From positions 1,408,001 through 1,472,000 of the forward strand of contig OZ243916.1 of NCBI GenBank assembly GCA_965213675.1: 64,000 nt of DNA, written 5' to 3'. Positions 49,205 through 59,407 of the stretch are shown here, piece after piece. The notes beneath the pieces are model-generated. The model saw only the letters and a list, made by a program, of their open reading frames with translations, was not told where the DNA came from and ran no database searches. The position numbers were made by a program, and so were the translations under genes. Position 1 is the first letter of the stretch; every line of letters begins with the position of its first letter. The DNA is from an uncultured Candidatus Binatia bacterium (GTDB lineage: Bacteria > Desulfobacterota > Binatia > UBA9968 > JAJDTQ01).

Positions 49205-50668
49205 TTACTGCGTCGCGCCCCGCTGCAACGACAGCGAAAGCCCCGGACGGCGCACCTGGACGTCGCTGTAGCGGCTGCGATGGGCCAATTGTTCCATGAG
49301 CGTCACCATGGGCGCGCGGGCGCTGCGGTACTCCCGCGGTGGCCCGGCGGCGCGCATGGCGGCGATCTCCTCCTGGCCCAGCATCCAGCGCAGCAGCAAC
49401 TCCTCGTCGCTGACGCCCGGGCCGCCGAGCTTGCGCCGCACCTCCTGGATGGTGAGGTCGGGCGGCGCCCATCGGGCCATCTCCCTGCCCCGGGGGCGAT
49501 CCAGAATCTTGTGCTTCACGTCGGGGTCCATGGTGTCGGCGCCTTCCTGGCCCCAGAGCCCCAGCGCGTACTGGATGATCTGGTCGGTGACTTCCTGGTA
49601 GCGCTCACCGACGATGACGTTGATGGCCGCCTGGCTGCCCACGAACTGCGACAGCGGCGTCACCATGATGGGGTAGCCCAGGTCCGCGCGTACCCGCACC
49701 ACCTCGTCAAGGGCCTCCTCCGCCTTGTGCTCCAACCCCACCTTGGCGAGTTGGTGCCGCAGGTTGGAAATCATGCCGCCGGGCACCTGGTGCTGGTACT
49801 GGGCGTGGTCGTACTCCACCGGCGCGCCCAGCGGAAAGCCCTCCTGCCGCGCCACGGTGGTGAAGAACTCCGACACTTCCTCCAGCGCGTCCGTGTCCAC
49901 GGCGCAGGCATAGCCCAGGGCGCGCAGGTTGCCGGCGACGCTGAACACCGACGGATTCGACGAGGCATTGGCCAGCGGCGGCACCGCGGTGTTCACCGTG
50001 CGCACGCCGAGCTTCACCGCTTCCAGGCAGCACAGCGGACCCAGCCCGGTGGTGCAATGGGTGTGCAACTCCACCGGTATTCCACCGGCGTTCTCGAAGA
50101 TCATCGGCACCAGGGTGCGGGTGCGTTCGGGCGTGAGCAGGCCGCCGGGGTCCTTGAGGCACAGGAACGGCACCCCCAGGGACGCGGCCTCGCGCGTCTT
50201 GCGGGCGTAGTACGCGTCGGTGTGTCTGGGCGACACCGAGTAAATCAGGTTGACGATGGGTTCCAGGCCGTTCCTGCGCGCGATGCCCACCTTGCGCCGC
50301 CACCCCTCCAGCTCGTTCCATTCCTCGGAAATGCGCGCCTGCCGGATGCCGTTGGCCGCCATGCGCTCGATGAACAGTTCGTACACCGACACGGGCGTGA
50401 TCTCGAAGGCGTTCACCCGTCCGGCCATGAGCCGCAGCGGCGTCCGCGTGATGCGCTGCGCCACCAGGCGCACCCGGTCCCAAGGGTCCTCCTTGAGCTC
50501 GCGCACGCACTTCTTGAGGTGCGAGGCGGACATCAACTCGATGGCGTCGAAGCCAGCCTCGTCCATGGTGCGCGCCACCGGCAACATCATGCCCGTGGTC
50601 ATGCGCTCGGCCCACAGGCTCTGGTGGCCGTCGCGCAACGTCGTGTCTACAAATCGAATCTCGTCCAT
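49205..50668 (-). CDS. Pyruvate carboxyltransferase domain protein (PycB/OadA-like, no biotin carrier domain)
   Basis: DTTLRDGHQSL, CLKD, HTHCTTG, QVPGGMISNL, GYPIMVTPLSQ. Confidence 0.88.
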   Translation of the reverse strand: MDEIRFVDTTLRDGHQSLWAERMTTGMMLPVARTMDEAGFDAIELMSASHLKKCVRELKEDPWDRVRLVAQRITRTPLRLMAGRVNAFEITPVSVYELFIERMAANGIRQARISEEWNELEGWRRKVGIARRNGLEPIVNLIYSVSPRHTDAYYARKTREAASLGVPFLCLKDPGGLLTPERTRTLVPMIFENAGGIPVELHTHCTTGLGPLCCLEAVKLGVRTVNTAVPPLANASSNPSVFSVAGNLRALGYACAVDTDALEEVSEFFTTVARQEGFPLGAPVEYDHAQYQHQVPGGMISNLRHQLAKVGLEHKAEEALDEVVRVRADLGYPIMVTPLSQFVGSQAAINVIVGERYQEVTDQIIQYALGLWGQEGADTMDPDVKHKILDRPRGREMARWAPPDLTIQEVRRKLGGPGVSDEELLLRWMLGQEEIAAMRAAGPPREYRSARAPMVTLMEQLAHRSRYSDVQVRRPGLSLSLQRGATQ

Positions 50669-50857
50669 GTGTCCTCGCGTCAGCCGCGGCCGGTAACCGT
50701 GACAGACTCCTGCGATCGGGCGGGACGGCGTCTTGAGACTTCGCCACGGGGACGGCGAACGACCAGGTCAACCAATCCCTTGCAACCCCCGTGCGCCCTG
50801 AGCGTGGCTCAGCGACGTCGAAGGGCGCCATACAGCCCGACAAGGCCCTGCAACCTG

Positions 50858-52027
50858 CTACTCCACGATGCGGGGACCGAAGAGCGTCACCGCGTTGTCC
50901 CACAGGATCCTGCCCTTGGCTTCGGCCGGGATGGCCTGCGCGTCGAAGTCCGGCAGAGCCTTCTCCGGACGCGGCGCGTCCGGATGCGGATAGTCCGTGT
51001 TCCAGGCGATGTTCGCGCCGCCCAGGTGCTCCACCGCATAGGACAGCGCGCTCTCGTCGCTGTCGCAGGTCACCGTGATCTGGCGCTTGAAGTACTCGCT
51101 CGGCAGCATGGGCAGGCGCTCCACCGCGTTGCCCATGACGCTGTTGCGTCCGTGGGTATGCTCGTCCATGCGCCCGAGCCAGAACGGCACCCAGCCGACG
51201 TTGGACTCCAGGATGCCCAGTCGCAGCTTCGGAAAGCGCTCCAGGATGCCGGTGAAGATGAAATGCCCCATGGTGGCCATGTTGTCGCACGGGAAACCCA
51301 GTGCGTGGTCGAGGCCGCGCAGCGCGAGCTCCTGCATGTTGCGGTCGTCCACGTTGCCGCGGTTGCCGCCGGCAAACGGGTGGAACCGGCGCTGGCGGTA
51401 CTCGCCGTGCACGGAGATGGGGAAATCCAGCTCACATGCCAGATTCCACAGCGCGTCGTACTCGGGCTCGTGCAGCCACCGGCCCTCGGGCAGGAAGGGG
51501 TTGCGCACCGACACCGATCCCAACTCTTCCACCGCGCGCCGCGCCTCCGCCACCATGTCTCCGGTGTCCGCCCCCGGCAGCACCGCGACGAACTTGAGCC
51601 GCCTGGGATCGGCGTCGCAGTAGTCGCGGCACCAGTTGTTGTAGGCGCGGCACATGGCGGCCCCCAGCCTGGCGTCCTTCAGCGCCACGCGGTAGGCGAA
51701 GTTGCCGTTGTTGCCCGTAGGCAGCAGCACCTGCACGTCCCAGCCGTGGGCATCCATGTCCTTGAGACGGGTTTCCGCGGACCACCACGTGCGGTACTGC
51801 TCGCCGTATTTGGCTTCCATGTCCGCCCACGCGGTGCGCGGCAGCTTGGGCTGCTTCTCGGTCCTGGGGATGATGCGCCCGTCCGGCTCATAGACCATGA
51901 AGGCGCCGTCCATGAACGCCACCTTGGGCACCTGATCGCGGTAGGCGGGCTCGACGTATCGCTCCCAAAGGTACTGCGGCTCGTGCATGTGCGCGTCCGC
52001 GTCCATCACCTTGAAACCCTTCCACAT
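50858..52027 (-). CDS. Amidohydrolase_2 family protein
   Basis: DADAHMHEP, RAYNNW, LERFPKLR..ILE..GW, TDYPH. Confidence 0.9.
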   Translation of the reverse strand: MWKGFKVMDADAHMHEPQYLWERYVEPAYRDQVPKVAFMDGAFMVYEPDGRIIPRTEKQPKLPRTAWADMEAKYGEQYRTWWSAETRLKDMDAHGWDVQVLLPTGNNGNFAYRVALKDARLGAAMCRAYNNWCRDYCDADPRRLKFVAVLPGADTGDMVAEARRAVEELGSVSVRNPFLPEGRWLHEPEYDALWNLACELDFPISVHGEYRQRRFHPFAGGNRGNVDDRNMQELALRGLDHALGFPCDNMATMGHFIFTGILERFPKLRLGILESNVGWVPFWLGRMDEHTHGRNSVMGNAVERLPMLPSEYFKRQITVTCDSDESALSYAVEHLGGANIAWNTDYPHPDAPRPEKALPDFDAQAIPAEAKGRILWDNAVTLFGPRIVE

Positions 52028-52138
52028 AGCGGCGCTCCCTTCGATGCGTGTCGGGTTACTATTCCCTGTTTCGTCGCCCTCTTCAACCAGCGGCGGCGCT
52101 TGACAGCCCCGCGTCCGTTCAATAGGGTCGCGTGCGTC

Positions 52139-52807
52139 ATGACATCTCGGACATTCGTGGACTCGGTCATAGAGGAGATCATCCAGCCGGGCGTGGAGCG
52201 GCTGATGGCCTGCCGGTATTTTACGGACCTGCGCGAGGGCGCCTTGACCAGCCGCCGGCTTCAGGGCTTCGCGCTGCAGCACTACCTGCTCAACATCGCC
52301 ATCAACAAGGGGTTCACCTTGTGTATGGCCAAGAACGCCCACAACCAGGAACTCTTCGACCTCTACCTGCACGCGTTCACGGAAGAACAGACCCATCCCG
52401 ACCTGATGAAACGATTCGGCTTCGCCGTCGGCCTCACCCAGGAGGAATTCGACGAGGCCCTGCCGATCTTCGAATGCCAGGCTCACGCCGCCGCCATTCT
52501 CAGGGGCATGTTCCTGGGCTCACCCGCGGAGACCCGCACCAGCGCACTGGTGAACGAGAGCATGGTGGGCCGTTATGCGGCCGAATTCGACGCCTGCCTT
52601 GGGCCACGGTACGGCATCAACGACCATGACCGGGAGTTTTTCACCGTGCACGCGGTGGCGGACCAGGAGCACACCGCAGTGGCGGCTCAGGTCATCGCGC
52701 GCTTCTGCACCACCGAGCGCGACCGCCGGGTGGTGACCCACGCGGCGCGCAACATGGTACGCTTCAAGCTCGCCAAGTTCGAGGGGATCTACGACGAATA
52801 CGCCTGA
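52139..52807 (+). CDS. Heme-oxygenase-like fold protein (TenA/PqqC/CADD-like iron redox enzyme)
   Basis: EEQTH and FFTVHAVADQEH motifs; C-terminal part of ORF 49148..52807. Confidence 0.75.
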   Translation: MTSRTFVDSVIEEIIQPGVERLMACRYFTDLREGALTSRRLQGFALQHYLLNIAINKGFTLCMAKNAHNQELFDLYLHAFTEEQTHPDLMKRFGFAVGLTQEEFDEALPIFECQAHAAAILRGMFLGSPAETRTSALVNESMVGRYAAEFDACLGPRYGINDHDREFFTVHAVADQEHTAVAAQVIARFCTTERDRRVVTHAARNMVRFKLAKFEGIYDEYA

Positions 52808-52848
52808 CTCCGGCTGCCCACGTTGCGGCGGAGGCAACGCAACCCTGG

Positions 52849-52876
52849 TTGACGGCGGTTCGCGAGGCTCTATAAT
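52849..52876 (+). promoter_or_regulatory. Sigma70-like promoter
   Basis: TTGACG-16 nt-TATAAT upstream of the AGGAGG RBS of the LON-domain gene. Confidence 0.7.
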
Positions 52877-52899
52877 CGAAGGCAACAGGAGGGTTGCGC

Positions 52900-53586
52900 A
52901 TGGAAGACAAAACGGCGTCCGTCTCGTTGCCCGAAGTTCTCTCGGTGTTCCCGTTGACGGGGGTGTTGCTGCTGCCCGGCACACGGCTGCCGTTGCACAT
53001 CTTCGAGCCCCGCTACCGCAATCTGGTGCAGGACGCGCTGGAGGCCGAGGGCGTCTTCGGCATGATCCAGCCCTTCACCCCCCAAAGGGACAACATGCCC
53101 CGGCCGGGGGTGGATCACACCATTCCCGATCTCTACCAAGTCGGTTGCGCCGGCCACATCGAACGGTGGGAAAAGTCTCCCGACGGCCGCTACATGGTGC
53201 AGCTTCGCGGCATCAGCCGATTTCGCGTGAAGGAAGAGCTGTCCGTGGAACGCGGTTACCGGCGCGTGCTGCCGGACTACGGAAGTTTCGGCGACCTCGC
53301 AGAAGTCGCCTCCGAATCCATTGATCGTCCGCGCCTGACCCAAGCCCTGAGCCGCTATGCCGAGGCCCGCGGGCTCGCCGTCGATCTGGCACAACTCCAA
53401 CCCATACCCGACACCGACTTCGTGAACCTCCTGGGCGTCGCCATGCCATTCCATCCATCGGAGAAACAGGCGCTCCTGGAAGCCGGTTCCCTGAAAGAAC
53501 GGGAAGATTTGCTCGTCAGTCTACTGGAGTTTGGCGGAGACGCGCAGGCGACGCCGTCCGAGCCGGGGTCGCGCACGCTCAATTGA
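52900..53586 (+). CDS. LON peptidase substrate-binding domain protein
   Basis: FPLTGVLLLPG..LPLHIFEPRY, DGRY, EKQALLEA. Confidence 0.92.
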   Translation: MEDKTASVSLPEVLSVFPLTGVLLLPGTRLPLHIFEPRYRNLVQDALEAEGVFGMIQPFTPQRDNMPRPGVDHTIPDLYQVGCAGHIERWEKSPDGRYMVQLRGISRFRVKEELSVERGYRRVLPDYGSFGDLAEVASESIDRPRLTQALSRYAEARGLAVDLAQLQPIPDTDFVNLLGVAMPFHPSEKQALLEAGSLKEREDLLVSLLEFGGDAQATPSEPGSRTLN

Positions 53587-53628
53587 AAAGACTCTGGCGA
53601 GGCTCCGTCTTAGACCGAAGAGCCCGAA

Positions 53629-53653
53629 AATCCTGACTCAGTGAGTCAGGATT
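53629..53653. terminator. Hairpin between convergent genes
   Basis: AATCCTGACTCA-G-TGAGTCAGGATT perfect inverted repeat. Confidence 0.5.
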
Positions 53654-53660
53654 CGACGAA

Positions 53661-54323
53661 TCAGGGATTCTGTTCGTGGGCCAGCTTGCGGGACACGGCC
53701 CCAAGCAGTTCCACGAACTCCCGCGCTTTGGCCACGAGGCCCGCGTGGCCCTCCCGCGCCAACACCTCCGCCAGGAACGCGCTGCCCAGCACGATGCCCG
53801 TGACCCCCAGGGTGGCGTATTCGGCAACGTTGTCCTGGTTGACGCCGCCCGAAACCATGAAGCGGGCGTCGGGGAAGGGACCGAGCATCTGCCGGATGAA
53901 ATGCGGTCCGCCTACGCAGTCCGCGGGAAAGATCTTCACAAGGTCGGCGCCGGCGCGCAATGCCTGCACGACCTCCGTCGGGGTCGCGGCGGCGGGGATG
54001 GAGGCAACGCCGGCCTCGCGGCAGAGCGGCACGAGGTCCAGTTCCAGGCTCGGCGAGACGATAAAACGCGCTCCCGCCTCAATGCCGGTGCGCGCCTGTT
54101 CCGCGGAAAGCACGGTGCCGGCGCCCACCAGCACCTCGCCTTCACCGGACAGCGTGCGGATTACCTCCGCGGCGCCGGGAACGGTGAACGTCACCTCCAC
54201 GAACCGGACCCCGGCCTCCGCCACCGCCCGGGCGGTGGCCAGCGCCTCTTCCGCGCTCTTCGAACGAATCACCGCCACCAGCCGATGGGCCTGCATGGCC
54301 GTCATCAACTCCGTCTTGGTCAT
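53661..54323 (-). CDS. eda: KDPG/KHG aldolase
   Basis: EVTFTVP, GAGTVL, FIVSP, TPTE, KIFPA. Confidence 0.85.
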   Translation of the reverse strand: MTKTELMTAMQAHRLVAVIRSKSAEEALATARAVAEAGVRFVEVTFTVPGAAEVIRTLSGEGEVLVGAGTVLSAEQARTGIEAGARFIVSPSLELDLVPLCREAGVASIPAAATPTEVVQALRAGADLVKIFPADCVGGPHFIRQMLGPFPDARFMVSGGVNQDNVAEYATLGVTGIVLGSAFLAEVLAREGHAGLVAKAREFVELLGAVSRKLAHEQNP

Positions 54324-54368
54324 GGTACGTCTCTCTCGTGCCTGTGAATATGCCCGCGAATGCACCGG

Positions 54369-54420
54369 CCGAAGGGACGGCGATTGCGAATGTTCGCGTT
54401 CGCGAATTCCTGCGGCGCAA
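54369..54420. repeat. Partial MITE family B
   Basis: CCGAAGGGACGGCGATTGCGAAT...CGCGAATTCCTGCGGCGCAA similar to 15640-15699. Confidence 0.65.
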
Positions 54421-54423
54421 ACA

Positions 54424-55191
54424 CTAACTCAGGCTCAGGCCGCCGTCCACGAGCAGGGTCTGGCCGGTCACAAAGTCGCCGCCAGTGATGAGGCCCAACA
54501 CGGCGCCGGCCACCTCTTCGGGCCTGGCCACGCGCTTGAGGGGGTAGTTGGTCGAAGCGCGCTCGATGATGGCATCGTAGTCCGCACCGTAGTGGTCGCG
54601 CATCCACTGGGTGTCGGTGAAGGCCGGCGCCACGGCGTTGACCCGGATCTCGGGTCCCAAGGCCACGGCCAGTCCCCGGGTCAGGTAGATGAGGCCGGCC
54701 TTGGCGGTGCCGTAGGCCAGCGACGACATCGTCGACGGCGCGATCACGCCCGAGATGGAGGACACGTTGACGATCATGCCGCCGGTGGCTTTCAGGTGCG
54801 GCGCCGCCGCCCGCGCGCAACGGTACGCCCCCTTGACGTTGACGTCCAGGGTCATGTCCCAGATTTCGTCGGTCAACGCATCCATTTCGGTGATGGGCAC
54901 CCACCGGGTAATGCCGGCGTTGTTTACCAGTATGTCCAGGCGCCCGAACCGATCCACCGTCTGTCGCACCATTGCGCGGACATGGCTGTCGTCGCGAACG
55001 TCGCCATGCACGCACAACGCCTCCGCGCCCAACGCCTGCACTTCCTCCGCCAGACTCTCCGCGTGGTCCTTGGCCGAGCGGTAGTTGATGGTCACGCCGG
55101 CGGCGCCGGCGCGCGCCAGTTCCAGGGCGGTGGCCCGGCCGATGCCGGTGGCCGCACCGGTAACGAGCGCGATGCGTTCGGACAAAATCAT
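54424..55191 (-). CDS. SDR family oxidoreductase
   Basis: TGAATGIG, NNAG, YGTAK. Confidence 0.92.
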   Translation of the reverse strand: MILSERIALVTGAATGIGRATALELARAGAAGVTINYRSAKDHAESLAEEVQALGAEALCVHGDVRDDSHVRAMVRQTVDRFGRLDILVNNAGITRWVPITEMDALTDEIWDMTLDVNVKGAYRCARAAAPHLKATGGMIVNVSSISGVIAPSTMSSLAYGTAKAGLIYLTRGLAVALGPEIRVNAVAPAFTDTQWMRDHYGADYDAIIERASTNYPLKRVARPEEVAGAVLGLITGGDFVTGQTLLVDGGLSLS

Positions 55192-55343
55192 GATCACACT
55201 TCACTTTCCTCGCCACACCCCTCCGGATTCTACCGGGTTGTGTCAAACCCGTGAGGCGCCGGCCTTGGCGGATGCCCCAATGTTGCAAAAAGGTTCGTGG
55301 AGAGCGATTCGAAACACGGCCTGTTTCGCGGAAACAACGTCCA

Positions 55344-57074
55344 TCAGGACACCGGGGTCCCCCGCCGCTCCCGCGTGGCCGCCTCGTCGATGACCCACTG
55401 CTCCGGCAGCCGCACCTTTTCTTCGGCCCCGCCGTTGAAGCGCACCACCACGCCGTAGTCCCGGGCCGCGGCCTCGGGCGTGATGTAGCCGTGGACCACG
55501 TCCGCGCGCACGCGCTCGGGATCGCGTTGCATGGGATCGCCGTAGCCGCCGCCGCCGGGGTGGTTCAGTTGCACGCTGCGGTCCCCGCCCAGATGGGTCT
55601 GGGCCTTGGGATTGGGGCGCTCGCCGCCGTCCAGGATGAATTCGCCGGGGAGGCCCGGACGGCCGCCCATGATGCCGGGTGCGGCGTAGCGGGTGCGGTC
55701 GAGGATGCCGTTGACGCTCCACTGGCCGTGGGCCCGGTTGGCGAATTCGGTGAACTGGCCGAGGCCGCCGCGCCAGGTGCCGGCGCCGCCGGAGTCCGCG
55801 CGCAGTTCGCGCCGGCGCATGACCAGCGGCGACAGGCTCTCGATGACCTCCGCGGGCACGCCGGCCACGCCGCTGGGAAAGCCCACCGCGCTCAGGCCGT
55901 CCTTGGTGGGCCGGGCGCCGGTGCCGCCCACCTGGAACACCGTCAGGTTGAACGCGGGGTCCTGACCGCGCCACACGCTAAGCCAGATGGGGTCGGCGCT
56001 GGGCGCCATGAGCTTGCCCGGCAGCGCCTTGGCCAGCGCTGTGAACACCGCGGTGGGAACGAAGTGGCCCACGGTCTGGCGCGCCGCCACCGGCGCCGGG
56101 TCGTTGGCGTTCAGAATGGAACCCGCGGGCGCGGTCACGTGCACCGGGCGGAAGCTGCCCTCGTTGTGGGGCACGTCGGGATAGATGGCGGCCTTGGCCG
56201 CGAAGCTGGCGTAGGCGTGGGTGTAGTTCATCACCACGTTGATCCCGCGGCGGCTCTGGGGTGAGGAGCCGGCGAAGTCGATGAAGATCTCGTCGCCGCG
56301 CACTTCCAGCCGCGTCCTGATGAGGATCGGCTCTTCGAACCCGTCGCTCCAGGTCTCCCCTTCCCACGCGCCGTCCTCCAGCGCGGCGATGGCCGCGCGC
56401 ACCGCCTTCTCCGAACGGCTGATGATCTCCCCGGCCACCGGGTCGAAGCTGTCCAGGCCGAACTCGTCCATGGTCTCCACCAGCGCCCGGCCGCCAGCGT
56501 CGTTGCACGCCGACTGGGCGTAGAAGTCGCTCACCACCTCGTGGGGCAGGCGCACGTTGGCGCGGATCATCTTGAGCAGGATGGGGTCGGGCTCGCCCCC
56601 GTGGAAGAGCTTCATGATGGGGATGCGCAGCCCTTCCTCGTAGACCTCCCGCGCCTCCGCGGAAAGGATGCGCCCGCCGATGTCCGCGGCGTGGCAGGTG
56701 TTGGCGAAGAACGCCACCAGCCGGCCGCGGCGAAAGATGGGCGTGGTGATGGTGATGTCGTTCACGTGCCCGGCGGTTTGCCACGGGTCGTTGGTGATGA
56801 GCACGTCTCCGTCCACCAGGGTGTCGGCCGGGAACTCCCGCAGGAAGTGCCCCATGGACGTGGCCATGGCGTTGATGTGGCCGGGGGTGCCGCTCACCGA
56901 CTGGGCCACCATGCGGCCCTGGGTGTCGAACAGGCCGCAGGCCAGGTCCTGGCTTTCGCGCACGATGGTGCTGAAGGCCGTGCGCATGAGCGCGTCCTGC
57001 TGCTCGTTGGCCACCGACAGGAGCCGGTTCCAGATGACTTCGAGGGTGACGGGATCGATGGCGGTTTGCGTCAT
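55344..57074 (-). CDS. Hydantoinase B / oxoprolinase family protein
   Basis: DPVTLEVIW, TAFSTIVRE, NDPW, EEGLRIP, DSGGAG, GGGGYGDP. Confidence 0.92.
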   Translation of the reverse strand: MTQTAIDPVTLEVIWNRLLSVANEQQDALMRTAFSTIVRESQDLACGLFDTQGRMVAQSVSGTPGHINAMATSMGHFLREFPADTLVDGDVLITNDPWQTAGHVNDITITTPIFRRGRLVAFFANTCHAADIGGRILSAEAREVYEEGLRIPIMKLFHGGEPDPILLKMIRANVRLPHEVVSDFYAQSACNDAGGRALVETMDEFGLDSFDPVAGEIISRSEKAVRAAIAALEDGAWEGETWSDGFEEPILIRTRLEVRGDEIFIDFAGSSPQSRRGINVVMNYTHAYASFAAKAAIYPDVPHNEGSFRPVHVTAPAGSILNANDPAPVAARQTVGHFVPTAVFTALAKALPGKLMAPSADPIWLSVWRGQDPAFNLTVFQVGGTGARPTKDGLSAVGFPSGVAGVPAEVIESLSPLVMRRRELRADSGGAGTWRGGLGQFTEFANRAHGQWSVNGILDRTRYAAPGIMGGRPGLPGEFILDGGERPNPKAQTHLGGDRSVQLNHPGGGGYGDPMQRDPERVRADVVHGYITPEAAARDYGVVVRFNGGAEEKVRLPEQWVIDEAATRERRGTPVS

Positions 57075-57193
57075 GGGTGCGTCCATTGTCCGATGTGCAT
57101 GGGTCCGATATGCATGGCGCGGCTCCTGGCGAGGCGTGTTGCAGGAGTCGGTTGGATCCGGTGCGGTGGATTCCGTAGGGACGTTCGGCGCGC

Positions 57194-59269
57194 CTATTCG
57201 TAGTCGAATTCCACGACCACGTTCAGATGGTCGTCCACCCGGGCGCGCGCGCGCGCCGTCACCACCAGGGTGGACTCCCGTTCCTCCACGATGGCGGGGC
57301 CCGGGAAGGTCATGCCCGGCGTGAGCGCGTAGCGGTCGTACACCGCGGTGTCCACGAATGCGCCGCGCCGCGCGGAGTACACTGGGCGCGTGCCCTTTTG
57401 CGCGTCGCTGCCGGCCACGCGCCCTCGCGGCGTCGAGGAGTTGAGCGGCTGCTCCGGTCCGCGCGCCACCACGCGCCAGTTGATCACTTCCACCACCACG
57501 TCCGGCACGGTGCGCCCGTACATCTGTTCGTAGGTGCGTTCGAAGGCCGCGTTGATGGCCTCCAGATGAGTCGCGTCGAGCACTCCGTCCGGGATGGGCA
57601 CGGACACCTCGTGGCCCTGGCCGGTATAGCGCATGTCCGCGGTGCGCTCGTAGACGATGTCGTGCGGCGCCAGCCCCGACTGCTCCAGGATGGCGCGCCC
57701 CTCGGCGCACATGTCGTCGAACATGCCGTTGACAAAGTCCCAGTCCAACTCGTCCAGCAGGCTGTAGGCGCTGCGCACGAAGTCGAAGGCCAGCGGAGCC
57801 GCCAGCAGGCCGAAGGTGGAACCCACCCCCGCGCCCATGGGCGAGATCAACGCGGGCAGACGCAACAGCTCGGCCACGTGGCAGCCGTGCACCGGACCGG
57901 CCCCGCCGAAGGCGTACATGGGCAGCTCCCGCGGGTCCTTGCCGCGCTCTCCCAGATGCGCGCGGGCGGCGTTGGCCATGTTCTCGTTGACGATCTGGTG
58001 GATGCCCCAGGCCACCTCCTCCACGCGCATGCCGAGCCGGGTGGCGAGTTCGCCCAAGGCTTGGCGCGCCGCTTCCACGTCGAGCTTCATCTCGCCGCCC
58101 AGGAAGTAGTCGGGATCGAAGTAGCCCAGGATCAGGTTGGCGTCGGTGACGGCGGCGCCCGTGCCGCCTCGGCCGTAGCACGCGGGACCGGGCTCGGCTC
58201 CAGCGCTGTCCGGGCCCACCTTCAAGAGCCCGAGCGCGTCCACCCGCGCGATGCTGCCGCCGCCGGCGCCGATCTCGATCATGTCGATGACCGGGATCTT
58301 GATGGGCAGGCCGCTGCCCTTGCGGAAACGGTACACCCGGTCCACCTCGAACTCCCGCGCCTTGAGCGGATTGCCGTTTTCCACCGCGCACAGCTTGGCG
58401 GTGGTGCCGCCCATGTCAAAGGAGAGGAGGTCGGGATAGCCCGCGCGCTGACCGAGGGCGGCCGCCGCCAGCGCGCCCGCCGCCGGCCCGGACTCCAGCA
58501 TGCGCACGGGGAAGCGCGCCGCGGTCTCCGGCGTGCCGATGCCGCCGCTGGAGAGCATGACGAAGAAACTGCCGCGGAAACCCAGGCCGTCCAGCCGCTG
58601 CTGCAGCTCCTGCAGATAGGCGGCCACGCGCTCCTGCACGTACACGTTGGCGGCGGTGGTGCTGGTGCGCTGAAACTCGCGGATCTCGGGCACCACGTCC
58701 GCGCTCACGGACACGCGGATGTCCGGGGCCACCTCCGCGATGAGCTCCCGGGTGCGGTGCTCGTGGGCCGGGTTGCGGAAGCTGTTGAGATAACACACGG
58801 CGATGGCGCGCACGCCCTTGTCCCGAAGCTCCGCCACCAGACCGCGCACGTAACCCTCGTCCAGCGGCGCGAGCACGGCGCCGTCCGCAGCCACGCGCTC
58901 GGGCACGTCGAAGCGCAGGTAGCGCGGCACCAGCGGCCGGGGAAGTTCCAGGTCGAGGTCGTACAGCTCGTAGCGGTGCTCGCGGCCGATCTCCAGGGCG
59001 TCACGGAAGCCCGCGGTGGTGAGCAACGCGGTGAGCGCGCCCTTGCGCTCGATCAGGGCGTTGGTGACCAGCGTGGTGCCGTGCACCACCGTTCCCTGAC
59101 CGCCCCGGTCCACGATGCCGGTCTCCAGCCCCTCGCGCAGGGCGGTTTCCACGGCCACGCTCGGGTCGCCGTGGGTGGTCAGGGTCTTGCCGATGAAGGA
59201 CGTGCCGTCCTCCGCCACAAGAAGCAGATCGGTGAAGGTTCCGCCGATGTCAACGCCGACGCGATACAT
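57194..59269 (-). CDS. Hydantoinase A / oxoprolinase family protein
   Basis: DIGGTFTD, HGTTLVTN, ESGPAAG, DMGGTT, GAGGGSIA. Confidence 0.93.
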   Translation of the reverse strand: MYRVGVDIGGTFTDLLLVAEDGTSFIGKTLTTHGDPSVAVETALREGLETGIVDRGGQGTVVHGTTLVTNALIERKGALTALLTTAGFRDALEIGREHRYELYDLDLELPRPLVPRYLRFDVPERVAADGAVLAPLDEGYVRGLVAELRDKGVRAIAVCYLNSFRNPAHEHRTRELIAEVAPDIRVSVSADVVPEIREFQRTSTTAANVYVQERVAAYLQELQQRLDGLGFRGSFFVMLSSGGIGTPETAARFPVRMLESGPAAGALAAAALGQRAGYPDLLSFDMGGTTAKLCAVENGNPLKAREFEVDRVYRFRKGSGLPIKIPVIDMIEIGAGGGSIARVDALGLLKVGPDSAGAEPGPACYGRGGTGAAVTDANLILGYFDPDYFLGGEMKLDVEAARQALGELATRLGMRVEEVAWGIHQIVNENMANAARAHLGERGKDPRELPMYAFGGAGPVHGCHVAELLRLPALISPMGAGVGSTFGLLAAPLAFDFVRSAYSLLDELDWDFVNGMFDDMCAEGRAILEQSGLAPHDIVYERTADMRYTGQGHEVSVPIPDGVLDATHLEAINAAFERTYEQMYGRTVPDVVVEVINWRVVARGPEQPLNSSTPRGRVAGSDAQKGTRPVYSARRGAFVDTAVYDRYALTPGMTFPGPAIVEERESTLVVTARARARVDDHLNVVVEFDYE

Positions 59270-59407
59270 GGGTCACCGTCGTTGTGAATGAATCTGCATA
59301 GAACCGCCGCGAACAGGTTCGCAGAGCCGGGCGCGCCCGTCCCGCATGGCCGCATCGCGTCTTCGCGGAGCGGTCCAACGGCGGGGCGGGCGGATTCGAG
59401 TGCGCCC

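Noticed and set aside
49148-52138. N-terminal ~1000 aa of the 1219-aa + strand ORF
   Set aside because: Antisense shadow of two clear minus-strand genes in GC-rich DNA; only 52139-52807 looks like a real protein
57075-58391. N-terminal extension of the 1015-aa ORF
   Set aside because: Alternative frame overlapping hydantoinase A; the hydantoinase B sequence begins at MTQTAIDP (57074)
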